Of a stretch of 64,000 bases of DNA, positions 8,766-18,435 are shown piece after piece. The notes below the pieces were generated by a model, which was not told the origin of the DNA, did no database searches, and saw nothing but the letters and a program-made list of their open reading frames with translations. Made by a program: the position numbers and the translations under genes. The number at the start of each line of letters is the position of its first letter. Position 1 is the stretch's first letter. The stretch is taken from contig JBBING010000003.1 in the NCBI GenBank assembly GCA_037444005.1, forward strand, positions 15,006 to 79,005. The letters are read 5' to 3'. The stretch is from Chloroflexota bacterium. GTDB taxonomy: Bacteria > Chloroflexota > Dehalococcoidia > DSTF01 > JACRBR01.

Positions 8766-9569
8766 ATGACGGCGGCTTCGGGTCCTGACTGGGCGCTGAT
8801 TCTGGGCGCATCCAGCGGGTTCGGCGGCGCGACGAGCCTCGAACTCGCGCGCGCCGGCCTGAACATTTTCGGCGTGCATCTCGACATGCGGGCCACGCTT
8901 CCGAACGCGGAACGGATCCGCGACGAGATTCTGGGCATGGGCCGGCAGGCCGTGTTCTTCAACGTGAACGCCGCTGACGCCGAGAAGCGACGGATGGTCG
9001 TCGACGCTATCCGCGAGCGATTCCAGCAGGACGGCGGGGGGCGCGTGCGCGTGCTCCTGCACTCGTTGGCGTTCGGTACGCTGAACCCGTTCATCGCTGA
9101 GTCGCCCAAGGATGCCATCACCCAGAAGCAAATGGAGATGACGCTGGACGTGATGGCGCACAGCCTCGTGTACTGGACGCAGGACCTGGTGGCGGCGGGC
9201 CTCCTGACGCGCGGCAGCCGCATCTTCGCGATGACGAGTTCGGGGTCGACCCGCGTCATCAAGTCCTACGGCGCTGTGTCCGCCGCCAAGGCGGCGCTCG
9301 AGTCGCACATCCGGCAGCTCGCGTTCGAGCTCGCGCCCATGGGCATCACGGCGAACGCGATTCGCGCGGGGGTGACGGACACGCCGGCGTTGCGCCGCAT
9401 TCCGGGAGGGGTCGAACTGCTCGAGCGCGCGCAGCGGCTCAACCCGAGCGGGCGCGCCACGCGGCCCGAAGACGTCGCCAAGGCGATCGCGGCGCTCATC
9501 GACGAGCGTTTGTACTGGATGACCGGGAACGTCATCGGTGTCGACGGCGGCGAGGACATCACCGGCTGA
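8766..9569 (+). CDS. Enoyl-ACP reductase-like SDR (FabI/FabL family)
   Basis: Rossmann GASSGFGGA motif and the Y-x6-K catalytic dyad (SYGAVSAAK) typical of FabI-type enoyl reductases. RBS AGGGAGG sits 6 nt before the ATG. Confidence 0.8.
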   Translation: MTAASGPDWALILGASSGFGGATSLELARAGLNIFGVHLDMRATLPNAERIRDEILGMGRQAVFFNVNAADAEKRRMVVDAIRERFQQDGGGRVRVLLHSLAFGTLNPFIAESPKDAITQKQMEMTLDVMAHSLVYWTQDLVAAGLLTRGSRIFAMTSSGSTRVIKSYGAVSAAKAALESHIRQLAFELAPMGITANAIRAGVTDTPALRRIPGGVELLERAQRLNPSGRATRPEDVAKAIAALIDERLYWMTGNVIGVDGGEDITG

Positions 9570-9590
9570 TCGCCGGCGCTCTCCCCGCAC

Positions 9591-10415
9591 ATGACCGCGA
9601 CGGTGCCCCCCGAGACGACCCCCGCGACGCGCGTGTTCGTCGCCCACGGCGCGCAGGTCTTCGCGCGTCTCTGGGACGGCGCCGAGCCAACCGTGCTGAT
9701 CCTCCACGGGTGGGGTAGCAAGGGCGAACGCTGGCTTCGCGTTGCCCAGGGGCTCGCCGAGGCAGGCTGGGCCGTCTGTCTCCCTGACCTGCCCGGCTTC
9801 GGCGAGAGCCCGCCACCGCCCGCGCCGTGGGCTGTGGAGGACTACGCGCACGCCGTCGACGAGATGACGCGCGAGCTCGGAGCCCCAACGACCTTCGTGG
9901 TCGCGCATTCGTTCGGCTCGAGGATCGCCATTCGCCTCGCTGCGACCGGACGGGCGGGCATCCGCGCTATGCTGCTCACCGGCGCGGCAGGGCTCCGGCC
10001 GCGGATCACGTGGCGACGGCGGCTACTGAGCCGGGCCGCGCGGGCCGGCGCCGCCGTCTTCGCGCTGCCCCCTCTGCGGCCAGCCGCCGACCTCGCGCGG
10101 CGGGCGCTGTATCGCGCGATCGGCTCCATGGACTACTACCTGGCCCGCGGGGTGATGCGGGACACGTTCCGGCTCGTGGTCGAAGAGGACCTGGCGAACG
10201 ACATGCGGGCGGTCAATGTGCCGGTGAAGCTGCTCTGGGGCGCCGACGACCGCGCGACGCCCCTCAGCGACGGCCGCCGTATGGCCGGCCTCATCCCCGG
10301 AGCGGAGCTCGAGGTCGTGGAGGGTGTGGGCCACGCCCTGCCCCACGAGCGCCCCGAGCTTCTCGTGTCTCGTGCGCGGGCGTTCTTCGAGACGGCGCGG
10401 GGAGCGGCCCGATGA
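9591..10415 (+). CDS. Alpha/beta hydrolase fold protein
   Basis: HGWGS oxyanion region, nucleophile elbow AHSFGS, and a C-terminal GVGHALPHE His motif. The stop overlaps the next start (ATGA). Confidence 0.85.
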   Translation: MTATVPPETTPATRVFVAHGAQVFARLWDGAEPTVLILHGWGSKGERWLRVAQGLAEAGWAVCLPDLPGFGESPPPPAPWAVEDYAHAVDEMTRELGAPTTFVVAHSFGSRIAIRLAATGRAGIRAMLLTGAAGLRPRITWRRRLLSRAARAGAAVFALPPLRPAADLARRALYRAIGSMDYYLARGVMRDTFRLVVEEDLANDMRAVNVPVKLLWGADDRATPLSDGRRMAGLIPGAELEVVEGVGHALPHERPELLVSRARAFFETARGAAR

Positions 10416-12049
10416 TTGCGCTCGCTCTCGCGGCGGCCGCGCTCGCCGCTCTGCGAACGGTGCGCGCGGCGCTGCTGTACATCAGCCTGTGGCAGGTTCG
10501 CGAGTACCGATGGGATCGCTTCCGCGCGTTCCTCGGCACGCGGGCGGCCCGGACGTTGGCGCTTCATCCGTTCCCGCTCGCGCGACTCGCGCTTCTCGCG
10601 GCGCTCGTCGCCATCGCTCGCTGGACGCAACCGGGGGAGGCGGCGCTGGGCGCGATCGTGGCGCTCTACGCGCTCGAGGTGGGGCTCGGCGCGAGGGAAG
10701 CAGTGGCACGGACGATCCGGCGTCCCGCGCGGACCTTCAGGGCGCTCGCCCTGACGGCGGCGGTCGTCTTCGCGGGTTGGGCCGCCATCGCGGCCGCGGT
10801 CGTGGTGGCGATGACCGCCGATCTCGATGACCACGTTCGCTGGTTTACCCTCGCCCTGGCGTTGCTCGCCATCGACCGCCTGCTGCCGTTTGCGGCGGGC
10901 GCGCTCGTGCTGGCTGCGCGGCTGCCCAATCAGGCGCTGGTGGCCCTGGATGTGCAGCGGGCGCGACGCGCGATGCGCGGCAGCCACGCGGTCGTCGTCG
11001 GCATCACCGGGAGCTACGGGAAGACGAGCACGAAGACGTTTCTCGCCACCATCCTCTCGCAGCGCCGCCGGGTCTGGGCGACCCCGGGCAGCGTCAATAC
11101 GCTCGTCGGCGTGGCCCGCCTCATCGCCCGGTCGGGCGCCGACTACGACGTCATGATCGTGGAGATGGGCGCCTATCGTGAGGGCGAAATCCGGGCCATC
11201 TGCGAGCTCGTGCGGCCTAGAATTGGCGTGCTCACCGCGGTCGCGGAGCAGCACCTTGCGCTCTTCGGGAGCATCGAGCGGACGCTCGAAGCGAAGTTCG
11301 AGCTCATCGAGGCGCTGCCGCGAGACGGGCTCGCGGTGCTGAACGGCAACGACGCGCGCATCAGGGCGCGGAGCGAGGGCGTGGCCGTACCCCGCCGGTT
11401 CTATTCTGCGACCGGCCCCTCGGACGTGTGGGCGAAGGATGTGACGGTCGGCCGGGATGCCCTCGAATTCACGGTCGTGTATGGTCAGGAAGAGGCGCGA
11501 TTCCGCTGCGGGGTGCTGGGCAGGCAGAACGTCGAGCCGCTGCTCGCCGCCACGGCGGTCGCGCTCGAGCTCGGCATGACGCTTGCGGAGGTTCGCGACG
11601 CCGCGTCGGCGGTGAAGCCGGTCCGCCGCACGCTGGAGCCAGGCCAGCTTCCCGGCGGCGCGACGTGTATCGACGACACGTTCAGCGCGAGCCGCGCGGC
11701 GATCCTGGCGGCGCTGGACTTCCTGGCGGAGGCGCCCGCGGAGCGCCGATTTATCGTCATCTCGGGGATCCCCGAGCTCGCCGAGCTGACCCGGCCCGTT
11801 CACGAGGAGATCGGCGTCAGGATGAGCCAGGTTTGCGACCGCATGATCTGCGTCAACGGCGACTACGCTCCCTTCTACGAGCGCGCGATGGACGAAGCGG
11901 CCCGAAACGGACGGTTCTTCTTCGAGCCGGACCCGGCGAAGGCGGCCGCGCTTCTCGCCGACCTCCGCGCGGGGGACATCGTGCTGTTCGAGGGACGGGG
12001 AGCCGAACGGGTGCTGGACCGGCTGCGCGTGCGCGCGGAGGCGACGTGA
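10412..12049 (+). CDS. Mur ligase family protein (MurF-like) with N-terminal multi-TM domain
   Basis: About 190 N-terminal hydrophobic residues (some 5-6 TM) followed by the Mur ligase P-loop VVGITGSYGKTSTK and central/C-terminal Mur ligase domains (NGNDARI, ISGIPELAEL). Confidence 0.85.
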   Translation: MIALALAAAALAALRTVRAALLYISLWQVREYRWDRFRAFLGTRAARTLALHPFPLARLALLAALVAIARWTQPGEAALGAIVALYALEVGLGAREAVARTIRRPARTFRALALTAAVVFAGWAAIAAAVVVAMTADLDDHVRWFTLALALLAIDRLLPFAAGALVLAARLPNQALVALDVQRARRAMRGSHAVVVGITGSYGKTSTKTFLATILSQRRRVWATPGSVNTLVGVARLIARSGADYDVMIVEMGAYREGEIRAICELVRPRIGVLTAVAEQHLALFGSIERTLEAKFELIEALPRDGLAVLNGNDARIRARSEGVAVPRRFYSATGPSDVWAKDVTVGRDALEFTVVYGQEEARFRCGVLGRQNVEPLLAATAVALELGMTLAEVRDAASAVKPVRRTLEPGQLPGGATCIDDTFSASRAAILAALDFLAEAPAERRFIVISGIPELAELTRPVHEEIGVRMSQVCDRMICVNGDYAPFYERAMDEAARNGRFFFEPDPAKAAALLADLRAGDIVLFEGRGAERVLDRLRVRAEAT

Positions 12050-13296
12050 CCCGCCCCATCGCTATCTCGATCTCTCCGAACACCGACGCCTCCGATGTGC
12101 GGGCCGCAGCGCGCGAGCTCGCGCGGCCGTGGACGTGGACGGACGAACGGGATGTGCGGGCGTTGGAGGCGCGGTTCGCGGCGCGGTTCGGGGGACGGGC
12201 GTTCGCGTTCGAGAGCGCCCGGTCGGGGCTGTACACGCTCCTGGCGGCGATGGGCCTGTCGTCCGAGGATGAAACGCTGCTGCAGGCTTTCACCTGTGTG
12301 GCCGTGCCGAACGCGGTGCTGTGGGCCGGCGGACGCCCTGTCTACGTGGACATGGACCCGCGGACGTACAACATCGACCCCGCGGACCTCGAACGAAAGC
12401 TGACGCCCCGCAGCCGGGCCGTGATCGTGCAGCACACGTTCGGCATTCCGTGCGACCTGGACGCGGTGATGGAGATCACCGGTCGCCGGCGACTGCTCCT
12501 CATCGAGGACTGCGCGCACGCGCTCGGGGGCTCGCACGACGGGCGCGAGCTGGGCACATTCGGAGACGCGGCGGTGTTCAGCTTTGGCCGGGACAAGGTC
12601 ATCTCGTCGGTGTTCGGCGGCATGCTGGTGGTTAGGGAGCCCGACATCGCGGCGAGGGTCGCGGCGCTATACGAGAGCATCCCGTTGCCCTCGCGGCGAT
12701 GGACCGCCCAGCAACTGCTGCATCCCGTTGCGACCAACATCGCCGTACTGCCGCTGTACTTCCGGGCGAGGATCGGCGTCGTGCTGCTGGTAGGCTTCCA
12801 GCGTGCGGGGCTGTTGTCCCGGGCCGTCGCCCCGGAGGAGTTGCGCGGGGGCCGGCCTCGTGGCTGGGTTCGACGCCTTCCGGTGCCGCTGGCGCGCCTC
12901 GCGGCCAGACAGCTCGACCGGCTCGAGGCTCTCAATGCGCATCGGCGAGCCATGGCCGACGTCTACCGCGCCGAGCTGGACGGGATGGTGCTTCCCGCGC
13001 TTCACGACCCGGGCGACGTGCCCGTGTACCTCCGCTTCCCTGTCGCGACGTGGGAGCGGGACGCCATCATCGCGCGGGCGCGCCAGAAGCGCATCCTTCT
13101 GGACAAATGGTACGACGCGCCGGTAGCGCCCGCGGGCGTCGACCTCGCGGCCGTGCGGTATGTTCCGGGGTCGTGTCCCAACGTCGAGGCCGCGTGCGCG
13201 ACCACCCTCAATCTGCCCACGCACCCGCGGATCGACGCCGGCGACGCCCGCGCCATCGCGCGTCTCGTCCGCGAACGGGTCGAGGTGGCGGCATGA
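12046..13296 (+). CDS. DegT/DnrJ/EryC1/StrS family PLP-dependent aminotransferase
   Basis: GTG overlapping the upstream TGA. PLP-lysine context SFGRDKVISSVFGG and the IEDCAHALG motif. Confidence 0.85.
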   Translation: MTRPIAISISPNTDASDVRAAARELARPWTWTDERDVRALEARFAARFGGRAFAFESARSGLYTLLAAMGLSSEDETLLQAFTCVAVPNAVLWAGGRPVYVDMDPRTYNIDPADLERKLTPRSRAVIVQHTFGIPCDLDAVMEITGRRRLLLIEDCAHALGGSHDGRELGTFGDAAVFSFGRDKVISSVFGGMLVVREPDIAARVAALYESIPLPSRRWTAQQLLHPVATNIAVLPLYFRARIGVVLLVGFQRAGLLSRAVAPEELRGGRPRGWVRRLPVPLARLAARQLDRLEALNAHRRAMADVYRAELDGMVLPALHDPGDVPVYLRFPVATWERDAIIARARQKRILLDKWYDAPVAPAGVDLAAVRYVPGSCPNVEAACATTLNLPTHPRIDAGDARAIARLVRERVEVAA

Positions 13297-14306
13297 TCGA
13301 CGTGCGGACGGTCGACGACCGGGAACGCTGGGACGCTTTTGTGACGGCGCAGCCCGGCCACACCTTCCTGCAATCGTCCAACTGGGGTGAGCTGAACGCC
13401 TCCCTGGGGCATCCGGCGCACTTTCTCGGGCTGTGGGAGGGGGGCGACCTCATCGGCGCCGCGCTCACGTTGGAGATGCGGTCGCGCCGGGGACGCTTTC
13501 TCTTTGTGCCGCACGGCCCTCTCATGCCGTGGTCCGAGCGCACGTTCGGCGCGCTCCTCGAGGCGCTGCGAGCGCTGGCGAGAGAGCGGCGGTGCGCATG
13601 GATTCGCATCAGTCCGGTGATCTCGCGCGACTCGGCGTTCGGGGCGCTGTTCCGGCAGCACGGCTTCCGTGGCGCGCCCATTCACGTGCACGCCGAGAGC
13701 ACATGGACGCTGGACGTGCGGCGCTCGGACGAGGAGCTGCTCGCTGGCATGCGGCAGACGATGCGGAACTCGATTCGCCGGGCGATCAAGGACGGGGTCG
13801 AAGTGCTGCGAGGGTGCGACCCGGGCCTGCGGGCGGCGTTCTCGAAGCTGTACTACGACACTGTCGAGCGGCAGCAGTTCACCCCGTACTCCGCGGCGTT
13901 TCTCGAGCGTGAGGTCGACTGCTTCGCCCGGGACAACCGTATCCAGGTCTACGTCGCGATGTACCAGGGGGAGGCGCTGGCGGGGGCGATCGTGGTCTTC
14001 TACGGGAATTCGGGCTTCTACCATCACGGGGCCACGGCGAACATCCATCGCAAAGTGCCCGCCTCGTACCTGGTGCAGTGGGAGGCCATCCGCGAGGCGC
14101 GGGAGCGCGGGTGCGCGTACTACAACTTCTGGGGCATCGCGCCGGACGACCGGCCCGACCACCCGTGGGTCGGGCTCACGCGGTTCAAGCAGGGATTCGG
14201 GGGCTTTCGGACGGACTACCTCCACGCGCAGGACCTTCCGCTCAGCCCCGCGTACTGGCTGAACTGGGTGGTGGAGACGGCGCGGCGCATCCGGCGGCGG
14301 TACTGA
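13293..14306 (+). CDS. FemAB-family peptidoglycan interpeptide-bridge peptidyltransferase (GNAT fold)
   Basis: The ATG overlaps the upstream TGA. Sequence reads as FemX/FemAB family (FLQSSNWGEL..., ...YHHGATANIHRKVPASYLVQWEAIREARERGCAYYNFWGI). Confidence 0.85.
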   Translation: MIDVRTVDDRERWDAFVTAQPGHTFLQSSNWGELNASLGHPAHFLGLWEGGDLIGAALTLEMRSRRGRFLFVPHGPLMPWSERTFGALLEALRALARERRCAWIRISPVISRDSAFGALFRQHGFRGAPIHVHAESTWTLDVRRSDEELLAGMRQTMRNSIRRAIKDGVEVLRGCDPGLRAAFSKLYYDTVERQQFTPYSAAFLEREVDCFARDNRIQVYVAMYQGEALAGAIVVFYGNSGFYHHGATANIHRKVPASYLVQWEAIREARERGCAYYNFWGIAPDDRPDHPWVGLTRFKQGFGGFRTDYLHAQDLPLSPAYWLNWVVETARRIRRRY

Positions 14307-14335
14307 ACGGCCGCATCGGGGGCTGTGGGCACGGC

Positions 14336-14366
14336 TTTGCCGGGGCGTTCGGGGCGCGTATACAAT
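14336..14366 (+). promoter_or_regulatory. Putative sigma70-type promoter for yebC (TTGCCG-17-TATACAAT)
   Basis: -35 TTGCCG at 14336-14341, a 17-nt spacer, then TATACAAT at 14359-14366. The GTG at 14399 follows after a GGGGAGG RBS. Confidence 0.4.
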
Positions 14367-14398
14367 GGCGCCGAAGCTAGGGGAGGACACGACGTCTC

Positions 14399-15145
14399 GT
14401 GGCCGGCCATTCCAAATGGGCGCAGATCAAGCGCCAGAAGGGCGTCGCGGACGCGCGACGCGGACAACTGTTCACCAAGCTCGGCCGCGAAATCGCGGTC
14501 GCTGTGCGTCAGGGAGGCCCCGACCCTGAGGCGAACTTCCGCCTGCGCCTCGCCATCCAGCGCGCTCGCGACAACAACATGCCCAACGAGACCATCGAGC
14601 GGGCGATCAAGCGGGCGGCCGGAGCGACCGACGGCGCGCGACTCGAGGAGGTCGTGTACGAAGGCTACGGGCCCGGAGGGGCGGCCATCCTCATCGAAGC
14701 GCTGACCGACAACAGGAACCGCACGGTCGCGGAGCTGCGGAACGCCTTCAGCAAGCTCGGCGGGAATCTCGGCGAATCGGGTAGCGTCGCTTGGATGTTC
14801 GAGACGCGAGGCGTGATCGACCTGACGGTGGAGCCCGAGCGCGCCGAAGAGCTCGCGCTCGTCGCCATCGACGCCGGGGCGCAGGACTTCAAGATCGAAG
14901 GCACGGCGATGGAGATCCACACGCGGCCCGAGGACCTCGAGCGGGTGCGGAAGGCGCTCGAAGACGCCGGAGCGACCGTAGCCGAGGCGCAGATCTCGCG
15001 CGTGCCCACCACGACCGTGCAGCTCGACGCCAAGCGCGCGGAGCAAACGCTGCGGCTCATCGACCGGCTCGAGGAGCTGGATGACGTGCAGCGCGTCTAC
15101 TTCAACGCCGAGTTCCCGGACGAGGTGCTCGCCGCATACGCCTGA
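14399..15145 (+). CDS. yebC: YebC/PmpR family DNA-binding transcriptional regulator
   Basis: Highly conserved N-terminus MAGHSKWAQIKRQKGVADARRG...LRLAIQRARDNNMPNETIERAIKRA. Confidence 0.95.
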   Translation: MAGHSKWAQIKRQKGVADARRGQLFTKLGREIAVAVRQGGPDPEANFRLRLAIQRARDNNMPNETIERAIKRAAGATDGARLEEVVYEGYGPGGAAILIEALTDNRNRTVAELRNAFSKLGGNLGESGSVAWMFETRGVIDLTVEPERAEELALVAIDAGAQDFKIEGTAMEIHTRPEDLERVRKALEDAGATVAEAQISRVPTTTVQLDAKRAEQTLRLIDRLEELDDVQRVYFNAEFPDEVLAAYA

Positions 15146-15161
15146 ACGGCAGGAGGCCGCC

Positions 15162-15683
15162 ATCGCCTCGCGGCTGACCGTTATCGGCATCGATCCAGGG
15201 CTCCGGGTGACCGGCTGGGGCGTCGTCTCGCGAGACGGCCCCGATGTCCGCGCGGTCGCGTACGGCGCGATCCGTCCCTCTGCCCGCGCCCCAGTTCCCG
15301 AGCGGCTCGTCACCATCTTCACGGACCTCGTGGCCATCATCCAGCGGTACGGCGTCTCAGCGGCGGCTGTGGAGACGCCTTATGTGCCACGCGTGAACGG
15401 CGGCAGCCATCGCAGCGCGTTGACCCTCGGGCAGGCGCTGGCGGCGGCCATGATCGCGGTCGCGCACAGTGGCCTCGAGGTTGCTGAGTACGCGCCGGGC
15501 GAGGTCAAGCTCGCGGTCGCGGGATACGGCCGGGGCGACAAGGCGCAGGTGCAGCGGATGGTGCGCCTGCAGCTCGGCCTGCCGGCGCCGCCGGAACCGA
15601 AGGACGCCGCCGATGCGCTCGCCGTCGCGCTCTGCCACGCGCTGCGTACACGTGAGCTCGCCGTGAAGGAGGCGGCGCCGTGA
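15162..15683 (+). CDS. ruvC: Crossover junction endodeoxyribonuclease RuvC
   Basis: VIGIDPGLRVTGWGVV (catalytic Asp) and DAADALAVALCHA motifs. No canonical ATG/GTG/TTG lies in frame just upstream of LTVIGIDPG, so the start near 15162-15174 is uncertain. An AGGAGG RBS lies at 15151-15156. Confidence 0.85.
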   Translation: MASRLTVIGIDPGLRVTGWGVVSRDGPDVRAVAYGAIRPSARAPVPERLVTIFTDLVAIIQRYGVSAAAVETPYVPRVNGGSHRSALTLGQALAAAMIAVAHSGLEVAEYAPGEVKLAVAGYGRGDKAQVQRMVRLQLGLPAPPEPKDAADALAVALCHALRTRELAVKEAAP

Positions 15684-16279
15684 GCCCCATCGCGCGGCTT
15701 CGGGGTGTAGTCGCGGCCGTCGGTCCCGACTGGGTGGTTGTGGACGTGGCCGGCGTAGGATTCAAAGCGTCGGTCCCCTCGGGCCTCTGCGCGTCACTCA
15801 CGGAAGGACGCGACGTCACGCTGTACACCCACCTGCTGGTGCGCGAGGACGGCATGGCGCTGTACGGCTTCGAGACGCCCACCGACCTCGAGGTGTTCGA
15901 GCAGCTCATCTCGGTGTCGGGCGTCGGGCCGCGGGCGGCGCTCGCGCTGCTCTCCGCGATGAGCGCGAGAGAGCTCGCGACGGCGGTGGTCCAGGGCGAC
16001 GTCGCGCGCCTGCGAGCCGTGCCGGGCATCGGGGAGAAGACGGCGGGGCGGCTGGTCCTCGACCTCCAGGCGCGCCTGGCGCCCCTCGCCGTGTCGGGCG
16101 ACGGAGCCGCGATGCGGCCGGTCGCGCCCCGGCCCGACGAGGACGTCGTGGCGGCGCTCGTCAGCCTCGGATATTCCCAGGCGGAGGCCACCGCCGCGGC
16201 GGCGGAAGCTGGCGACGCCGACCGGCCTCTCGAGGAGCGTATCCGCCGGGCGCTCGCCTGGTTCGCCCGAAAGCCGTAG
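15680..16279 (+). CDS. ruvA: Holliday junction DNA helicase subunit RuvA
   Basis: GTG overlapping the ruvC stop. HhH motifs VSGVGPRAALALL and VPGIGEKTAGRLVLDL. Confidence 0.93.
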   Translation: MSPIARLRGVVAAVGPDWVVVDVAGVGFKASVPSGLCASLTEGRDVTLYTHLLVREDGMALYGFETPTDLEVFEQLISVSGVGPRAALALLSAMSARELATAVVQGDVARLRAVPGIGEKTAGRLVLDLQARLAPLAVSGDGAAMRPVAPRPDEDVVAALVSLGYSQAEATAAAAEAGDADRPLEERIRRALAWFARKP

Positions 16280-16296
16280 ACGGGCGCCGGGCTGGC

Positions 16297-16302
16297 TATA
16301 CT
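16297..16302 (+). promoter_or_regulatory. Putative -10 element (TATACT) giving a near-leaderless uvrB transcript
   Basis: TATACT lies 11 nt upstream of the uvrB ATG. There is no SD sequence between them. Confidence 0.3.
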
Positions 16303-16313
16303 GAGACTGCGCG

Positions 16314-18428
16314 ATGCCCGGCTTCAAGCTCGTCTCCGATTTCCGTCCCACAGGGGATCAGCCGCAGGCCATCGACGCCCTGGTCGAGGGCGTCCTGAAG
16401 GGCTACCGGCGGCAGACGCTGCTCGGCGTCACCGGGTCGGGGAAGACGTTCACGATGGCGAACGTCATCGCGCGGGTGAATCGTCCGACGCTCGTCCTCG
16501 CCCCCAACCGGACCCTGGCCGCGCAACTCTGCTCCGAGTTCAAGGAGTTCTTCCCCGAGAACGCGGTCGAATACTTCGTCTCGTACTACGACTACTACCA
16601 GCCAGAGGCGTACATCCCGCGGACGGACACGTACATCGCGAAGGACGCCGACATCAACGACGAGATCGACAAGCTGCGCCACGCTGCGACGCGGGCGCTG
16701 TTCGAGCGCCGCGACGTGCTGATCGTGGCGTCGGTGTCGTGCGTCTACGGCCTCGGCGAGCCGGAGGAGTATCAGTCGTTCGTGCTGCGGTTCGAGCGGG
16801 GCAAGCCGTTCAACCGGGCGCGGGCCATGCGAAGGCTCGTGGACATGCAGTACGAACGGAACGACATGACGCTCACGCGCGGCCGCTTCCGCCTCCGTGG
16901 CGACAGCATCACGATCCAGCCCTCGTACGAAGAGGTAGCCGTCCGTATCGACTTCTTCGGCGACGAAGTCGAGCGCATCATCGAGATCGACCCGCTGACC
17001 GGCGAGGTGCTCGGTGAGCGCGACTGGGTCGACATCTATCCCGCGAAGCACTTCGTGACGTCGCGGGAGAAGCTCGAGCAAGCCATCGCGGACATCGAGA
17101 TCGAGCTACGGGAGCGCGTCGAGGAGCTTCGGGCGCAAGGGAAGCTGCTGGAGGCGGCCCGCCTGGAGGAACGCACGCAGTACGACATCGAGGCGCTCCG
17201 AGAAGCCGGGTACTGCTCGGGGATCGAGAACTACTCCTGCCACCTGGCGCGGCGCCATCGCCCGGCCGACGGAAAGATGGCCGTCACGTGCGGGTCGACC
17301 CCGTGGACGCTGCTGGACTACTTCCCGGACGACTTCCTCATGTTCATCGACGAGTCTCACATCGCCGTGCCCCAGGTGCGCGGTATGTACCACGGCGACG
17401 TCTCGCGGAAGCAGACGCTCGTCGACTACGGGTTCAGGTTGCCGTCGGCCATCGACAACCGGCCCCTGAGCTTCGAGGAGTTCGAGCGCCGCCTCAACCA
17501 GGTCATCTTCGTCTCGGCGACGCCGGGACCCTACGAGCTCGAGGTCAGCGAGCAGGTCGTCGAGCAGGTCATCCGTCCTACCGGCCTCCTGGACCCGACC
17601 ATCGAGGTGAAGCCGACCAAGAATCAGATCGACGACCTCCTGCACGAGATTCGCGTTCGGGTCGACCGCGGGGAACGCGCGCTGGTGACGACGCTGACCA
17701 AGAAGATGGCGGAAGACCTCGCGGACTACCTGCAGGAGATGGGGATCCGGACGCACTACCTGCACAGCGAGATCGACACGCTGGAGCGGGTCGAAATCCT
17801 GCGCGACCTGCGGCAGGGCGTGTACGACGTCGTGGTGGGGATCAACCTGCTCCGCGAGGGTCTGGACCTTCCCGAAGTGTCGCTGGTGGCCATCCTCGAC
17901 GCGGACAAAGAGGGGTATCTCCGGTCGGGCGGCTCGCTCATCCAGACCATCGGGCGTGCGGCGCGGCACGTGAACGGCCACGTCATCATGTACGCCGACA
18001 CCATCACGGACTCCATGCGCCACGCCATCGACGAGACGAACCGCCGCCGGGCGATTCAGGAGGCGTACAACCGCGAGCACGGCATCACGCCCGAGGGCAT
18101 CCACAAGGCGATCCGCGACATCACGGACCACGTCAAGAAGGCCGCCGAGCAGCCGGTGGAGTACATGGGTCCGGTCGACCTCCCGAAGGACCAGATGTTC
18201 CGGCTGATCAAGGACCTCGAGGCGGAGATGAAGGCGGCGGCGAAGGCGATGGAGTTCGAACGCGCGGCGTTGCTCCGCGACCAGATCTTCGAGCTACGCC
18301 GGCAGCTCGCCGCCACGGCCGAGGGCGACCTGCTCCACGAGTTCGCGCGGACGGCGTACGGGTCACTTCGCGGCCGCCGCGAGGGACGACGTTCCGGTCG
18401 CATCAGCACGAGCCGCCGGTACCGGTAA
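16314..18428 (+). CDS. uvrB: Excinuclease ABC subunit B
   Basis: 704 aa. Walker A GVTGSGKT, a beta-hairpin region ([10 protein letters not shown]), helicase motifs, and the UvrB/UvrC interaction domain ([14 protein letters not shown]). Confidence 0.97.
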   Translation: MPGFKLVSDFRPTGDQPQAIDALVEGVLKGYRRQTLLGVTGSGKTFTMANVIARVNRPTLVLAPNRTLAAQLCSEFKEFFPENAVEYFVSYYDYYQPEAYIPRTDTYIAKDADINDEIDKLRHAATRALFERRDVLIVASVSCVYGLGEPEEYQSFVLRFERGKPFNRARAMRRLVDMQYERNDMTLTRGRFRLRGDSITIQPSYEEVAVRIDFFGDEVERIIEIDPLTGEVLGERDWVDIYPAKHFVTSREKLEQAIADIEIELRERVEELRAQGKLLEAARLEERTQYDIEALREAGYCSGIENYSCHLARRHRPADGKMAVTCGSTPWTLLDYFPDDFLMFIDESHIAVPQVRGMYHGDVSRKQTLVDYGFRLPSAIDNRPLSFEEFERRLNQVIFVSATPGPYELEVSEQVVEQVIRPTGLLDPTIEVKPTKNQIDDLLHEIRVRVDRGERALVTTLTKKMAEDLADYLQEMGIRTHYLHSEIDTLERVEILRDLRQGVYDVVVGINLLREGLDLPEVSLVAILDADKEGYLRSGGSLIQTIGRAARHVNGHVIMYADTITDSMRHAIDETNRRRAIQEAYNREHGITPEGIHKAIRDITDHVKKAAEQPVEYMGPVDLPKDQMFRLIKDLEAEMKAAAKAMEFERAALLRDQIFELRRQLAATAEGDLLHEFARTAYGSLRGRREGRRSGRISTSRRYR

Positions 18429-18435
18429 CGCGCGG

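Noticed and set aside
8502-9908. 468-aa minus-strand ORF spanning the SDR and hydrolase genes
   Set aside because: Arg/Pro/Ala-rich with no motifs. It lies antisense to two well-supported genes.
10136-11803. 555-aa antisense ORF within the Mur ligase gene
   Set aside because: Low-complexity Arg/Glu/Asp-rich sequence, antisense to the P-loop-containing ligase.
9827-12049. 740-aa ORF (long N-terminal extension of the Mur ligase)
   Set aside because: The upstream 195 codons are Arg/Ala/Pro-rich and overlap the alpha/beta hydrolase. The true start is at 10412, overlapping the hydrolase stop (ATGA).
15680-16279. Expected ruvB after ruvA
   Set aside because: It is not present here: uvrB follows ruvA directly. 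ruvB must be encoded elsewhere, so no feature is called.
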